Below, in pieces: positions 1 to 13,645 of a DNA stretch of 64,000 nucleotides (position 1 is the stretch's first letter; each line of letters opens with the position of its first letter). The notes below the pieces were generated by a model. It saw only the letters and a program-made list of their open reading frames with translations, was not told the DNA's origin and ran no database searches. Source of the stretch: Octopus vulgaris (taxonomy: Eukaryota); contig OX597822.1 in the NCBI GenBank assembly GCA_951406725.2, positions 87,048,001-87,112,000 on the forward strand, written 5' to 3'. The translations under genes and the position numbers were made by a program.

Positions 1-1299
1 CTCAACCTCCAAACACACTCAGCTTCCAAACACACTCAGCCTCCAAACAAATGGAGTTTAACTACATCCTTCACATTTAATTATCATGAGATAATTATTT
101 CGAGTGTGTTATTGGAGTAGACTGAAATATGACGAGATGTGATTTGCTGGTGGCGGCGGCAGAGGAGGAGGAGGAAGAGGAGGATTGTTCAGTAATATTC
201 AAAACTGCAATAAAAATATTTCTAAAATTTCATGTTTAATCTAATCTTGAGCATTAAAATCAATTTCTACTGAAAGCCTATCCACATCACGTCATCTTTG
301 TTAAACCATTTTATTGTATTTAATTAAAATGTGGCCCCTTTACGTAATTGCAAAAAAAAAAAAAAAAAAGAATCTTTAGTTGAAATATCCTCTCCTAAAA
401 CAAGGCGAAGTATATTGAAGCTAATCGTCTTACCTCTTGTTGAACCAGCTAGAATTCTAAGCCATTTCTCTTTCTTGGGTTCCCAAATCAAAATATGTTC
501 TGAATTACATCATAAAAATATCTAATTAGATTGTTAATTAGATGCAGATTAGATTAAAGCAACACTTGGTTGTTTGCAGTAATTTAATGGTGAACATATT
601 TATTCTTGAACCAATGCAGGCATATATTATAAAAGGTTGGGGAGATTTGATTCAACAATAATAAGCTGCATCTTGAATTTAGCTCTATGTCAACTTTTAA
701 TTCCTTTCAGAATGGCTTTAACATCTGCCTTTGATAAAACTGTGTGTTTTGATGTTCCTTATTGTGCCGAAACTTAAAGTTTTGTTTTTAATAAATGTAA
801 AGAAACCAGAGTAACATTAAATGTCAGTAACTGTCTTTTAGGCTGTTATTTGATCAACTTAGAATGTGGCTGTGATGTTTTAAAAGTGTTGTGCTTTTTG
901 AAACGAAATACTAAATGTGGTGGTTGAATGGTAACTGTAGTTAACTAATGGCTATAAATGTCCAGAGTTCAAACCCCATGGATGTAACCAGTATTTTAAC
1001 CAAGTTCTAAAATATTCAAATAGTACCACCATTATTCATCTAATTTCTGAAAAACACAAAATTAAATCTAATGTTTAATAATATTTGTATGGCACTATAG
1101 AAGAGGGGTGAACCAGTTGAATTTTCTCTGTGGCTATGAGGTGTGTATGTGCCCTATCACTTGTGAAAGGTCTTAACAGGGCAAAAAAAAAAAAAACAAT
1201 AATTAACTTGCTTCAATGAACCTAACCCCATAAATAGTGATCAAGAAATAGTGGCAGCAGTCATTAGCTACAAATTACTTCAAGACAAATAACAGGATT

Positions 1300-2150
1300 T
1301 CTTTGAAGAATAAAAAGAAAAAAATGGGCCAACTCATTGGACTGATGAAAGTATTTGAAAAAACTTGAGGGAATGTTGCTGAAATATATGGACTCAGAAC
1401 AAGAAATAAAAGAAAGATGTAAAAAAACAAAAAAAAGGTGGAAGACTTGAGAACATCAACAAGGTCTCAAGTCATTTTCCTTAGAAATGTTTTTTTTTTT
1501 TTGGTATTGTAAAATTCTCTCAGAAAGAAGTGAAAGGAAAACATATTCACTATGTTGTCTGTAGGGTTAAGATTAGCCTTAGTTTTATTTGGTTTACATA
1601 ATGATAGTCTAAATGACAGCATGAATGAATAACTGGTTGTTAATGAACAGTTTGCCAATGTCTTTAAAACAAGCCAAATTGAATCCAGCAAGTTGTCAGT
1701 GGTTCTCTGTTGCCTGACAGGAATCCTATGCAAAAACGAATTGAAATGTATGGAAGTATAAAATCTAAGAGCAAAAGATATTTAGGGTATGGGAAATGGA
1801 ACCCTAGATAACATCAGTTCTAATTGGAGGTCTTAGGAATCATGAACTAAGACTAATGAATCAATTGAAAAGTCTTTCAGCTTTCTAACAGAATACAAGT
1901 TATTAGATCTGGTTTCTGGTATATAACTGAAAGTACTGAACATCACCTGAGATGTGACACCTGAGATATGTTGTCTTCTGTTTCTCTAAAGTAACACTTA
2001 CTATTAATCAAACTACAAATTCAATAATTATAATTATAATGGAAGACAGGTTTATTGAGAAAAGGTAGTAACATTTCCACCGACTTTATCAATGTTTGTT
2101 ACTGCTGTCAGGAATCAAAGACAAAAATCTACCACCACCAGTTAATGATT
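1300..2150 (-). mobile_element. Very degenerate CR1/L2-like LINE remnant (possible)
   Basis: The minus strand near 1780-1860 has broken traces of the KSLV.P.LEY region of CR1/L2 ORF2; heavily decayed and boundaries approximate. Confidence 0.25.
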
Positions 2151-2259
2151 CTAAATCTGATATCCTTACCTTCCCAAAAATAAAATAGATTTCTTCTCAT
2201 CTTCACATTCATCAAATATTCTTCATGAAGAAATTTTACATATTTTCTTTTCTTTACAG

Positions 2260-2450
2260 TTGTTCAGTTGGTCTTGACTTCAAGTGTGGAGGTTTTAGCC
2301 ATGATCAAGCCTTTGTAAGCCTCTATGAGTCTTTAGGGCCATATATCACCAATTCCTCTTTGATTGTAGTTGCTGATCACATAGTCATCAACCGTCCGGT
2401 TACTTTAGACACTTTTGCTCAGTTGGGAAAAGTGTACAATTCCACAGATG
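2260..2450 (+). CDS. Internal exon A of a polycystin-1-like (WSC + PKD domain) gene
   Basis: Acceptor ttttcttttctttacag at 2259 and donor G|gtatgt at 2450/2451. Reads CSVGLDFKCGGFSHDQAFVSLYESLGPYITNSSLIVVADHIVINRPVTLDTFAQLGKVYNSTD. C-x7-CGG...Y fits the end of a WSC domain, followed by the first strands of a PKD domain. Ends in phase 1, matching exon B. Confidence 0.85.
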
Positions 2451-2981
2451 GTATGTATTTTCATTATTTATGCATATTTTATTAACTCATTTTAACTTTT
2501 TATTACTTACCTAACAAACTGCTATTCAATTTTTCTGTCCTTTAAGATGGAAATAGAGATTTTTAAAACTTTCACAATAACAGTCCACATAAAAATTAGC
2601 AACCTTCTGACTGCATATAAAGAAAACAGTTCTGGATCAAGTATTATTCCTGAATTTAAACCAGTGTCATGATATCTTCATACATGCTAGAAATACATAT
2701 ACAGAAATCATTCGATAATTTATTTGAAGTTTTCACAACTGTTAATTGGAACTTATTTATTAAAGAGATTTAATTCTGTTTTCACAATCAAATCTTAAAA
2801 TCCAATCAAAAGTAAAAACAGGATACAAAGTAGAATAAGGCAACTGTTGGGAATCTTAATGTTAAGATGTTGTGGCCATTAAGCATTAAATCTGATATGA
2901 AAAGAATTAATAAATGAATTTGCAGTAACTATAACCACAGGAAAATATAAAACTTCAGCAAAACTCATAATTTTAAAATAT

Positions 2982-3091
2982 GTTGTCGTTGTCATCATCG
3001 TCGCTGCTGCCGCCATCACCATCATCATCTTCATCATCATCATCACCATCATCACCACCACCGCCATCATCCTTGCCATCGTCATTGTTGT

Positions 3092-3123
<32 letters not shown>

Positions 3124-3131
3124 TCATCATC
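2982..3131. repeat. (CAT)n/(CAC)n compound trinucleotide microsatellite
   Basis: Seen directly; it produces the spurious poly-M, poly-D and poly-S ORFs. Confidence 0.95.
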
Positions 3132-5052
3132 TGTCATTAGTAACAAAATAAAACTAAAAAAGAAAACACGCAACTGTAAGTTCATAATGATTATCTCAAA
3201 TGTGTGTGTGTGTGTGTGTGTGTGTGTGATTGGTATAAAAATCTATAGATAATGTCCATAAGGATGTCATGGTGCTGTTTTTAAGACATTTCAAGAAGAT
3301 GGAAGAGATGGATGGTTTGAAGATAAAGAAGAAGAAATAGACTAACATATTAAAATGGAAGGAACACAATTACACTATGTGTTGCAGAAGGATATAACTA
3401 AATATTGTTTACATTAAAACATGATTACTAAGTGCAGATGTCAGTATTTGGTAAACAACTTTATTTCTTTGGTAGCAATTCTTTAATGCCTAAACCTTGT
3501 TATGTTTATCTCTATGAAAAAATATCTTTTGAAATTTTCTTATATTTAAATGTTGATTATGAAATTTATCCTGAGTCTGACTTGAAACTGCATTTGGCAG
3601 TGAGATCCTGGTTTGGGAATTCAAGGGTTTTGAGGAGTGTGGAACTACTTTTTAGGCACTATTGTTCCCAAGTCTGACCCAGAGTAATAATATCTGCCAG
3701 GCTCCTAGATTTGGGTTAATCATGCCCCTGGAAGAAGGTCACAAACAGTCACCCTAATGAACCCAAGGTAGTTGAGGCCTTTCAGCTCTTTAGCTGTTCA
3801 ACTAAGAGAAGTTAACTTCATACAAATCCTGACAACTACTGGGCCCCTGGCACTTGTTACATCAAACCAATACAAGTTTGAAGGATGAGCAGGTGGGATT
3901 GGCTCTGCACAAACTATGCCCACTATAATGGTAAACCCCAGGTGCTTTGTTGGGTAATTTGTTGAACATTAAAAAAGGCTAAGGAAGTAAAGTCCTACAG
4001 AAAATCTGGAAGGAGGGACCCTAAGGCAGATGTGTACAGTTAGACTTAATTATCAGGCAACTTCTGCAGCTCCATGGATGCTACATATGTATTGATTTGT
4101 CATTCCTTCATGGCCTATCCATCAGTCAATTGGTAGTAAGTGTAGCTAGGGTTGAGCAATTGCTTCTGGAAACAGTTCACACATAGCTGAGGGGTTTAAG
4201 TTACTGTCTCTGGAATACTGTTGACAAATGGTCAAGTAGGCCAGACACTCTTGAAATCCTTTGATATTATTGCCAATTCAGTAATGTTTTGAATGTAAAC
4301 ATCTGCAATGTTTTACGGATATTTTAAATGAAAAGTGGGTTGAGATAGGAAGATGACTTCCTCTTACTGTCACAGTACAGATTCATAATCTAATGCAAGA
4401 GATGATGATGATGATGATGGACTGAGCTTGAATGTTAGTAATTAGACTGACCAGCATTCAGTAGAAAATCTTAGCATTTGTCTCATGAAAAGGTTGAGAA
4501 TCTTTTAGCTGTAAACTTTGTGGGAATAGGGAAGTTGGAGAAGGTAATTATTGAAAGTGATCTTTTTCAGTACCTGTAGAGATGTAAGGTACAGGTACCC
4601 AACAGACTAATTGCTAGTTTCACATGTCACGAGTTTGTATTTATTGCAGTTGTTTCATGATTCTGGGCAACAGAACACATTGTTTTGGAGGTTCTAGTTC
4701 AACTTAGTCTCAGATATTTTGGTAGTCCATTTGAAGATCTATCCCTCCAAAGAGTTGCCCAACGTGGGAGCCTGTATGTGTTTACTTGATCTTCATGAAA
4801 TAGCACCTAAGTCTCCTCCAAATTACACTCTACCATCTTAAAAACAAGTCAGTATTGGATAATGTAGTCTTGTGAGAAGAGTGGCTTAAATTTAAAGAAA
4901 TAGTCAATTTACATTTTCTTCTGGTATCATATCAGCTGATAATTTCTTTTAATCAGTTAAACGATATTGTCTGGAATTAACATCAAAATCTAAATCAAAA
5001 TGGACAAGTTAAATAAACCTGACAAATTTAACCATGCAACAAACTCTTCCTT

Positions 5053-5266
5053 AGGTGATGGACTGGCAGAATTGTTAGCAGGCTGGGTAAAATGCTCAAT
5101 GATGTTTCATCTGTCTTTGCATTCTGAGTTCAAATTCTACCAAGGTCAACTTTGCTTTTCATCCTTTCAGGGTCTACAAAATAAGTACTAGTTGTGCACT
5201 GGGGTCAATGTAATCAACTTATCTACTTCTCCAGACTTGCTGGTCTTGTGCCAAAATTTGAAACCG
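5053..5266 (+). mobile_element. tRNA-headed SINE family B, degenerate copy
   Basis: A-box tggcagaattgttagc and B-box gagttcaaattc, then tttgcttttcatcctttcagggtc..aaataagtac; similar to the copy at 13330. Confidence 0.8.
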
Positions 5267-6902
5267 ATATCATAAGAAATTTCAAGTTCTGGATTAAAAG
5301 AGTCCACTTTTAACTATTTGACCTGACTTTAATTGTGAAAAATATAGACCTTAAAATAAGAGCAAATAAGAGCCTTTGTTGCTGCATATAGAGTCTAATA
5401 TAGGAAATATTATATGAGTTTGTACAACTTTTAATAATTTTTTTAAATGGCAAAAAGAAGTTTATACTAAAACACCCAATGAAATGTATTCCAGACATCT
5501 TTTCTTTGCATGATTCCAAAATCTTGATTCAAACATCATACGGTTTTTGAAATCTTTAACAACCAAAGAAAATAAATCCTTAAAGTGGTTCTTTTTAGGA
5601 GTGCAACCATTATAAAGGCCAAACCATTAGAGAATCAAACTGTAACACTGGATAGTACTGTTCAACAGGTTAAATCTTTGCAACAATCTCAATCTGTTGC
5701 AAAATTCTAACATGGTTTTGTTGCAAATGTGTAGTAAATATCAAAAGATGCAGAATATGTTTTTTCTGCAACATTTCCCCATCACAAAAGTGTAGCAAAT
5801 CTGTACATAGAAGGTAGAAAGACAACAAAAACAAAAAGCAAACAAGGGAAATAACTCCAATAAGATTAGTTAAATTTCTGTGGACAAAATGAACGATACA
5901 GGTTGGATTGGGTGTGATCTTTGGAGTTGATGGGCCAAAAGTATCAGATGTGTTTCAGTGTTATTGAACCTCCTCAGAGAGACATACTACCAAGTTGCTA
6001 AGATTAAAGGGTCTCTCCCTCTCTCTGTCACCATTAAGGAGTAAAGATATGTAGAAATGTTTATTATGAATATCAACAATTTGGCCGCGGGAAAATATTT
6101 GAATGGAATATTTTGCATTCTAAATACAAAACCTGTTTTAGATTGTCTAAAAATATCGACAGGCTAATTCTATTGGAATCATCTGTCTTGTTTATTGGAG
6201 TTAGGATTTTAAATATCCAGGACAGTGTCCTTTTCTTCAACTTGCATGGATAATTTCAATTACTTGCAGTTTTCAACTCCGTGTATTGTATCTGAAAGAC
6301 CTTATCGTATGCAGAATGCCTGTTTAAAGTATATATTTTCTCAGTGATGTTGTCAATGTTTATAACCGGACCCTTCCTACGCTGACCAACAAAAGTGTTA
6401 CATATAAAGAAAAAATATAATTATAAGATTAGTAATGCAAGGGGGACAAATGAGGAAATCCTTAATCACTGATTAAAATTTATTGACTTATATAATAATA
6501 TTTAACTTTAAGCTAAACAATTATTTTAAACCTTCAACCCTTGTTAAAATATAATATCAAACCTTATTTGAATAAATATTTAAAACCTGCTAATCTTTGT
6601 TAAATTGGTCAGAGAACTTGTTATGAAAACTTATTCACGGTCTGTCTACAACGTCAGAAACCCCCCCCCCCCTCTCTCTCTTTCACTCTTTCATTCTCTC
6701 TATATTCACACACATACAATATATATATATATATTTTTAAACCATTTTAAATAGTTTTGGGCACAAAATCTTCTCATTTCATGAAATCGGCAAAATAGGA
6801 AATCTGTCGACCATTTAAAATAACTTTGTTGTAATTAGGATAAATGACAACAGTTAAGTGTTGTTGCTGTAATTAAATCTCGAGTTGAGGAATCTCTCAA
6901 CT

Positions 6903-7380
<478 letters not shown>

Positions 7381-7987
7381 AGTTGACATATAACTAATAA
7401 GTCTCCTTCTCTGTTGCATCATTTCAATTATTCAAATAAAATTATTTCTAATAACCTGTCATAACCACATTTTACGAAGTTACTTCCCTTGGGCCATATT
7501 CGTTTTTGATTTCAAATCTTTTTCTTTCTTTTTTTTTTTTGTAAACAAAAAACAATTTATATTTTAATGAAAAAAGCAACCAAAGTTGCCAAGTTCGTTT
7601 TGCGAGTATTTATTAAATGCATTCTGCGAAATATATTTTATGTTCAATTTGAATAGTTTTAGCTGTGTAAATTTAAACTATTTCTAAACAAAAATTTGCA
7701 TATGCAAAACTTCTGCTCAGCATTTAATTAACATAACATAACTAATAAATTTATTTGACAGCTATTAAATATTTCCCTAACTCGCATTACTATTCTCCTC
7801 AACTCTATTTATGGTTAACAGCTAATTTTCCTCTTTGATCTGCAAACATTAACTTCAGTCTTTTTCTTCGTCAAGCTACCATTTTCTGGTTGGAATGAGA
7901 AAGAATTGGAGGCATTCACCAACAAAAATATTTTTACGAAAAGAATATATCAGCAGAAATATTTAGTTTATCTAAGAAAGATGATTA

Positions 7988-8023
<36 letters not shown>

Positions 8024-8729
8024 TACACACGCTCCCTCCCCTCTGACCCAAGTTTAGAGTGAAATTAAGAAAAAAGCAAACTGGAAAGAGTAAGAGAGAG
8101 AGGGAAAAAAACCCATAGAAAGGAAAATTTGGCAGTTGAAGCTGCTAAGTTAGGACTTCAGCACAAAGTTTTGTCCAATATTCTGTTAAAATGGATAATG
8201 TATATGGACATCTTGTTGTGGACTGGAAGTAAAGAGATTAATTGAAAGAGATTATTGAATCTTGGGAGAGGCATTATGCCGGTAATAATAAACGCATCAC
8301 TGGTTCAGTCCCTTATTGTTATTGTTTGTGAATGGGTTAGTTACTGTTAACCAATTTATCAATCAGCCATTTTTTACTAGTTTTTCAAACTCTTATATGT
8401 TAAACACTTTGGTCAAACAGTTAATTGTTCAGATGTTCAGTATTGTTAATCAAATATGAATACAAACTAATTAATAAGTATTTTAGTTTGGATATCCTGT
8501 TTCCTTTTATGAATTTTGTTTTATTTATTACTTCTAAAACAAAACATGATCTCACTTGTTTCTGAATATCCAAAGTTGGTTGAATGGTTTCACAGTTGTT
8601 AAGAAAACAGTTTGTGTGTTAAAGTGGAGTAAGATGCTTCACCTGTAAAATAGTTTTGAAGAAGAGAGAAAGGCAAGAGCTTAAGTGGGCCTTAAATCAT
8701 GTTAAATACTGTTCTTATTGTGCATATAT

Positions 8730-8732
<3 letters not shown>

Positions 8733-8808
<76 letters not shown>
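8733..8808. repeat. (TA)n microsatellite
   Basis: Seen directly. Confidence 0.95.
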
Positions 8809-8810
<2 letters not shown>

Positions 8811-9329
8811 CATATTATGTGTGTGTGTAAATTTTTGCTTTATATAAGAAAATGTCTTGATGTTTAAAAAAAATAAGGCTTATCTTATGATTAAGTTTCT
8901 GATAGTTTGAAAGTCTATTAAATAATTCGTGGCTCTTCCAACCAATCATTATACTTCAAATATAATTAACAGGCAATTATTATTCAACATAAATATTGAA
9001 ATGATCAATGTTTTTGCCTGTATCTTTTCTCTTCTCTCATTTTTAGAGAGGTGTAATTCATGTTTTTAAGCTGTAGTGTACCATATATAGGGTACCATAT
9101 ACAGGGTACCATATAGAGCTAGTAGAGGTTTTGGTTCTGTTTCTTTAGTATTGTTACCAGAATGATTTGTATTCTTCTCATATTTTTTACAAATAATCAA
9201 TCAGTATGAAGGATGTTTTATTTGACTTGTCCTCCAGCTATCCTTTCAATTGCTTCGTGAGTCGATGATTGAAAATCTAGTGACTGCATTTATGAGCAAC
9301 AGAAACTCATGTCTGGGTCTGTTGGTTGT

Positions 9330-10380
9330 CTATTCATAAGAATACTGTTGTTTGGGAGGAAGGAGGGTTTTTTTGTTTTGTTTTTGTTTTAGTCTGGTAG
9401 AAAGAATTGCACTGCCTCCTTCTCCACCACTCTTGCCAGTAAAATGGTGAACATGGAGATGGAACATACTGTTATGTGCTTTCAAAGATTGAGATATGTG
9501 CTTGGGGAAGGAGAGAAAGAGAGAGAGATTGAAGGATTTGTGAGGATAAAGGCTAGCTTTGGAGATTAATGGAAGGGACATTGCCTTCGTTTAAAGTGAC
9601 CAGAAGTGGTTTCATACTTGAGATGTATGTGTAGATAGTTTCAAGTCTGTTGGAATTGTTAGTTTTGAAAGAGTTTTATACCTGTGCTGTGTGATTTTCG
9701 ATACCAAATGGTCAGCAGATGGAGAGGTTTTGTCTGGAGGGACATTGCTTCCAGAATTGTCATGTTTAAAAAGTGGAAGATAGAAAGATTCTGCAAAGTA
9801 GCAATTCTTTTAGCAATGAACTAAAACAATCAGCTGTTGTTTAGGGATTTGGAGAACTTTTAGAGTGTAAATGCATGGAAACATTCTTTGTATTTTGGAT
9901 GAAGATCTGTCTGTCATGAGATTTGGTGCTAAAAGTTGTAGGGGTTGGCAATTTTCTGAGCTTTGTGGCTGTTTTTTTTTCCTTTCTTTCTTTCTTTTAC
10001 GTGACATGCTGCAGTGCACTGAACCATTGCAGAGGGTAGAGTGGGGGTGGAAATTGAGGTTCTGAGTTTTGGTTGTGGGTGTTGGATGTGGAGAGAGAGT
10101 CATAACTAATATCTCCATTCCATACCATTAGTTGTCTCTGATGGGTCAGGTTAAAGTGCTGAGACTTGTACAGCTTCAACCAGTCAACTAGCTTCAAGTG
10201 CTGTAGGGTCCTTCTGCTTTGCACGTGGATGTGTAATAAGTAGTCAAGGCAGGGGAATGATTGCATAATCCAACGAGTGCTGGTGATGGTTTGGTAGTGG
10301 CTGGGTTTGAGAGTGTGAAAGATTTCAAGTGGGGTTTGGAGTGTTTGTATGTCTGTGTGTCAATCAGGGATGTCTTTAGT
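9330..10380 (-). mobile_element. Highly degenerate Penelope-like retroelement remnant (possible)
   Basis: Compositional shift (C/A-rich minus strand), with broken traces of Penelope RT-thumb motifs near 10260-10300 and 9790-9850; no intact frame. Confidence 0.3.
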
Positions 10381-10727
10381 GAATGAAACTAATTATCATA
10401 ATAAGTTAACGATTGTAAAATATTTAGTTTCTACTTTAGGGATTGCCAAAAATCAGTTTCTCTAACTCCAACTATAGGTTGTATTTGGTTGTTGCTGCTG
10501 TGCCATAACTTTGCTGACCATTAAAATGCCTTTCATTTGTCAGAGTAAACACACATCTGCTATGTGAAACAGGTTATTTCTACAGATTTTCCTTTTATGA
10601 GTTGAATGTCTAAAATATGGCAAAAAATACGATGGACTTTACTAGAGATAATTACAGCAAGTAAAGTTGGTGCTGAATTGTTGAAGATGCTACAAAGAAA
10701 GGGCTTTAAAATGTATAAAACCTATAG

Positions 10728-11225
10728 CAGCAAGGCACTGCTGTTGCATCTGTTGGGCCCAAACTAAAGACATGTGAAAGTAATTCATATTCAAAGATCA
10801 TTGATATTGTATTGTGTGACCCCCTTTTGTCATGAATGACCATGGGATTGCACTTAGAAAGTTACCCTCTGAGGCACACTCTCGAATAATCACTATCACT
10901 AATAGTAACTGGGCCAGCTTTTACTAATGGAGTTATTGACAGCCAGCAGTGTACTAGCTGTTACTCCCACTTTTGCTAATGGTTGAATTATTCAATCTCT
11001 CCACCATTGTCATGGAAATCATAATTATTTTTGTTAACCTTAATTGACCCATCTTGGGCAGATATACTCTGAGTGTACCTCAGAGGGTAACTTTCTAGGT
11101 GCAATCCCATGGGCATTCATGACAAAAGGGGGTCACACAATACAATATCAATGATCTTTAAATATGAATTACTTTCACATGTCTTTAGTTTTGGGCCCAA
11201 CAGATGCAATAGCAGTGCCTTGCTG
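10728..11225. repeat. Long inverted repeat, ~153-bp arms with ~190-bp spacer
   Basis: 10728-10880 (cagcaaggcactgctgttgcatctg...ctctgaggcacactc) is the near-perfect reverse complement of 11071-11225. Confidence 0.92.
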
Positions 11226-12224
11226 AATTGCATTTTTCAATCGTTCCTTCCTTTTTATCTCTTACTGCTTACTTGCTTACATACCAGCTTTTTCAAAGTG
11301 GTCCCAATGGCCAAGCAAATCAAGCATCATGTTATGTTGTTTGGGAACAGTTTTACAAAGAAGATTGAATAGTTGAGTTGAAGTAAAATTCCTGAAACTC
11401 CGTTTTACTTATTGTTTACTTAGTCTTATATTCTTAGGATTCTGTCTCCTCCTCTGACTGGTGAAGCTAGCTATGAAGAAGTGTGTCTAAACAGTACAGC
11501 TGTATTAGGTGGTCGGCAGCAGCTCTTTGTTCTTGTGACTACAGGAATTCTCTTTTTGTTTTTTTGTCTTATTGAGGCAAAAGGAGACGAGCCATGGCTA
11601 CATTCTTTGCAGACATTCTCCATTTGATGCAGTTGTTTTCCAATTCGAATCTCTGTAGATTGATACCTAGAAGAAAGAAACACGGGCAAGAGAAATATTG
11701 CAGATGGCATCAGTTCTTAGAAAGAAGAATTAAGAGGAGTGCTTCATGTAGGAATGGATGAGATGAGGGGAGGCAGATGAAACCAGAAAATAGGTTTAAA
11801 TGGTGTAATTTTCATTACTTAATTGTATTGTGTAAATCTAAGCATTGTTTAAGTTTAGCAGATGTGATTCAATTTGTGGTTCAGTCCAACAATCTAGGCT
11901 CTGGTTGAAGGATATCACAAATATGTGAATATCCTGGATAAGATGGACAATGGAATGAAAGCTATTTACTCCCGTGAATTTAATAAAGGCATTCAGTTAC
12001 TAAGTCTTAGGACATTACTTGATGTAACAGGGTACAATAACCAAATTGTTGAGGACATTAGTTTGAGTATACCAACTTCAAATAATGGTAATTTTTCATG
12101 TCAGTGATTGTAATTGAACAACAAATGGAGATAATTTTGAGCTAATTGAGACTCCAGGATCCTGAATAAAACCATGATATAGATTTAATGGTTTAATTCT
12201 TATATAATCATGTACACATATGCA

Positions 12225-12857
12225 GTGCGTGAGAAGACCCAGCAAGCCAAGTGAGACCATAACCCATGGCCTTTGCCAGGGGTGTAACCAGCCCACATAT
12301 GCGTACCTTTCCTTCATTGGGCACTAAACTCTGCTTGCAAAGACCTGTTGAGGCAAGTGAAATTGAAACCAAATCAAATTCGCAAATTCGATGACTGGCA
12401 CCCGTGCCAGTGGAGCGCTAAGAGCACCATCCGAGCATGATTGCTGCCAGAGCAACTGACTGGCTTCTGTGCCGGTGGCATGTAAAAAGCACCATTCAAA
12501 TATGATCGTTACCAGCGTCGCCTTACTGGCACTTCTGCTGGTGGCATGAGAAAAACATTCGAGCGAGGTTGTTGCCATTGCCGCTGGACTGGCTCCTGTG
12601 CAGGTGGCACGTAAAAAACACCACTTGAGCGAGGCCGTTGCCAGTACCACCTGACTGGCCCTTGTGCTGGTGGAATGTAAAAGCACCCACTACACTCTTG
12701 GAGTGGTTGGTATTATTAAGGGCATCCAGCTGTTGAAACTCTGCCAGATTAAGATTGGAGCCTGGTTTAGCCATCTGGTTTGCCAGTTCTCAGTCAAATC
12801 GTCCAACCCATGCTAGCATGGAAAGCGGATGTTAAACGATGATGATGATGATGATGA
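12225..12857 (+). mobile_element. RTE-type LINE 3' UTR (family C) with internal ~55-60-bp tandem repeats and (GAT)n tail
   Basis: About five diverged units of gactggc..gtgccggtggcacgtaaaaagcaccattcgagc, then ggttgg..aagggcatccagctg...ccaacccatgctagcatggaaagcggatgttaaac(gat)n. Its 5' part matches sequence following the RTE ORF at 41.4 kb. Confidence 0.8.
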
Positions 12858-13179
12858 TAAAAGGAATGATACAGCAAGTAATGACTAATACAATATGTTC
12901 AGATGTCAGCAGTTCAGACTGAAATGTGAATTATGCTCCTGAAAATGTGTGAAGTTTCCAAGAAACTTGAGCCTTTTACTCCATTTTGATTTTTACTTGG
13001 AACATCTTTGGTTAGGTCTTTCTTGTCTCATTATTCTCTAATAATTTTTTCCAATTTTGGCACAAGACCAGTAATTTTAGAGGAGGGAGAAGTTGATTAC
13101 ATTGACCCCAGTATGCAACAAGTACTTATTTTATACTGGACTGGTTCAGATGTTTCATAAGGAAATACAAACTACAAGA

Positions 13180-13645
13180 CAGCAAAAGCTGGCAACAACT
13201 GTTACGGTGCCAGCAAAAATGCTTATCAGCATTTTCCCTGACTTTACATTCTGAGTTCAAATTCTGCTGAGGTCATCTTTGCTTTTCATTCTTTGGGGGT
13301 GGGGGTCAATAAAATAAGTACCAGTCAAAGGTGGCGAGCTGGCAGAAACGTTAGCATGCTGGGCGAAATGCTTATTGGTATTTCGTCTGTCTCTATGTTC
13401 TGAGTTCAAATTCTGCTGAGGTCGGCTTTGCCTTTCATCCTTTCGGGGTCGATAAATTAAGTACCAGATATGCACTGGGGTCGATGTAATCGGCTTAATC
13501 CCTTTGACTGTCCTTGTTTGTCCCCTCTATGTTTAGCCCCTTGTGGGCAAAAAAAAAAAAGTACCACTCAAGTACTGAGGTCGATGTAATGAACTTACCC
13601 CCACCTCCCCAGAATTGCTGGCCTTGTGCCAGAATTTCAAACCAA
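13180..13645 (+). mobile_element. Old SINE family B copy interrupted by a younger related SINE
   Basis: Head and central domain at 13180-13328 resume at 13559 (gtaccactcaagtactgaggtcgatgtaat...gtgccagaatttcaaacc). Confidence 0.75.
13329..13558 (+). mobile_element. Young tRNA-headed SINE (family B) with A tail and 13-bp TSD
   Basis: ggtggcgagctggcagaaacgttagc...gagttcaaattc...gcctttcatcctttcggggtcgataaattaagtacc...ttgtgggc(A)n; TSD aagtacca(g/c)tcaa at 13316-13328 and 13559-13571. Confidence 0.9.

Noticed and set aside
711-780. Candidate upstream exon after ttcctttcag
   Set aside because: All three frames hit stops before any convincing donor, and no WSC-like peptide is seen.
2879-3252. Poly-M, poly-D and poly-S ORFs
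   Set aside because: They are translations of a (CAT)n microsatellite with no splice context.
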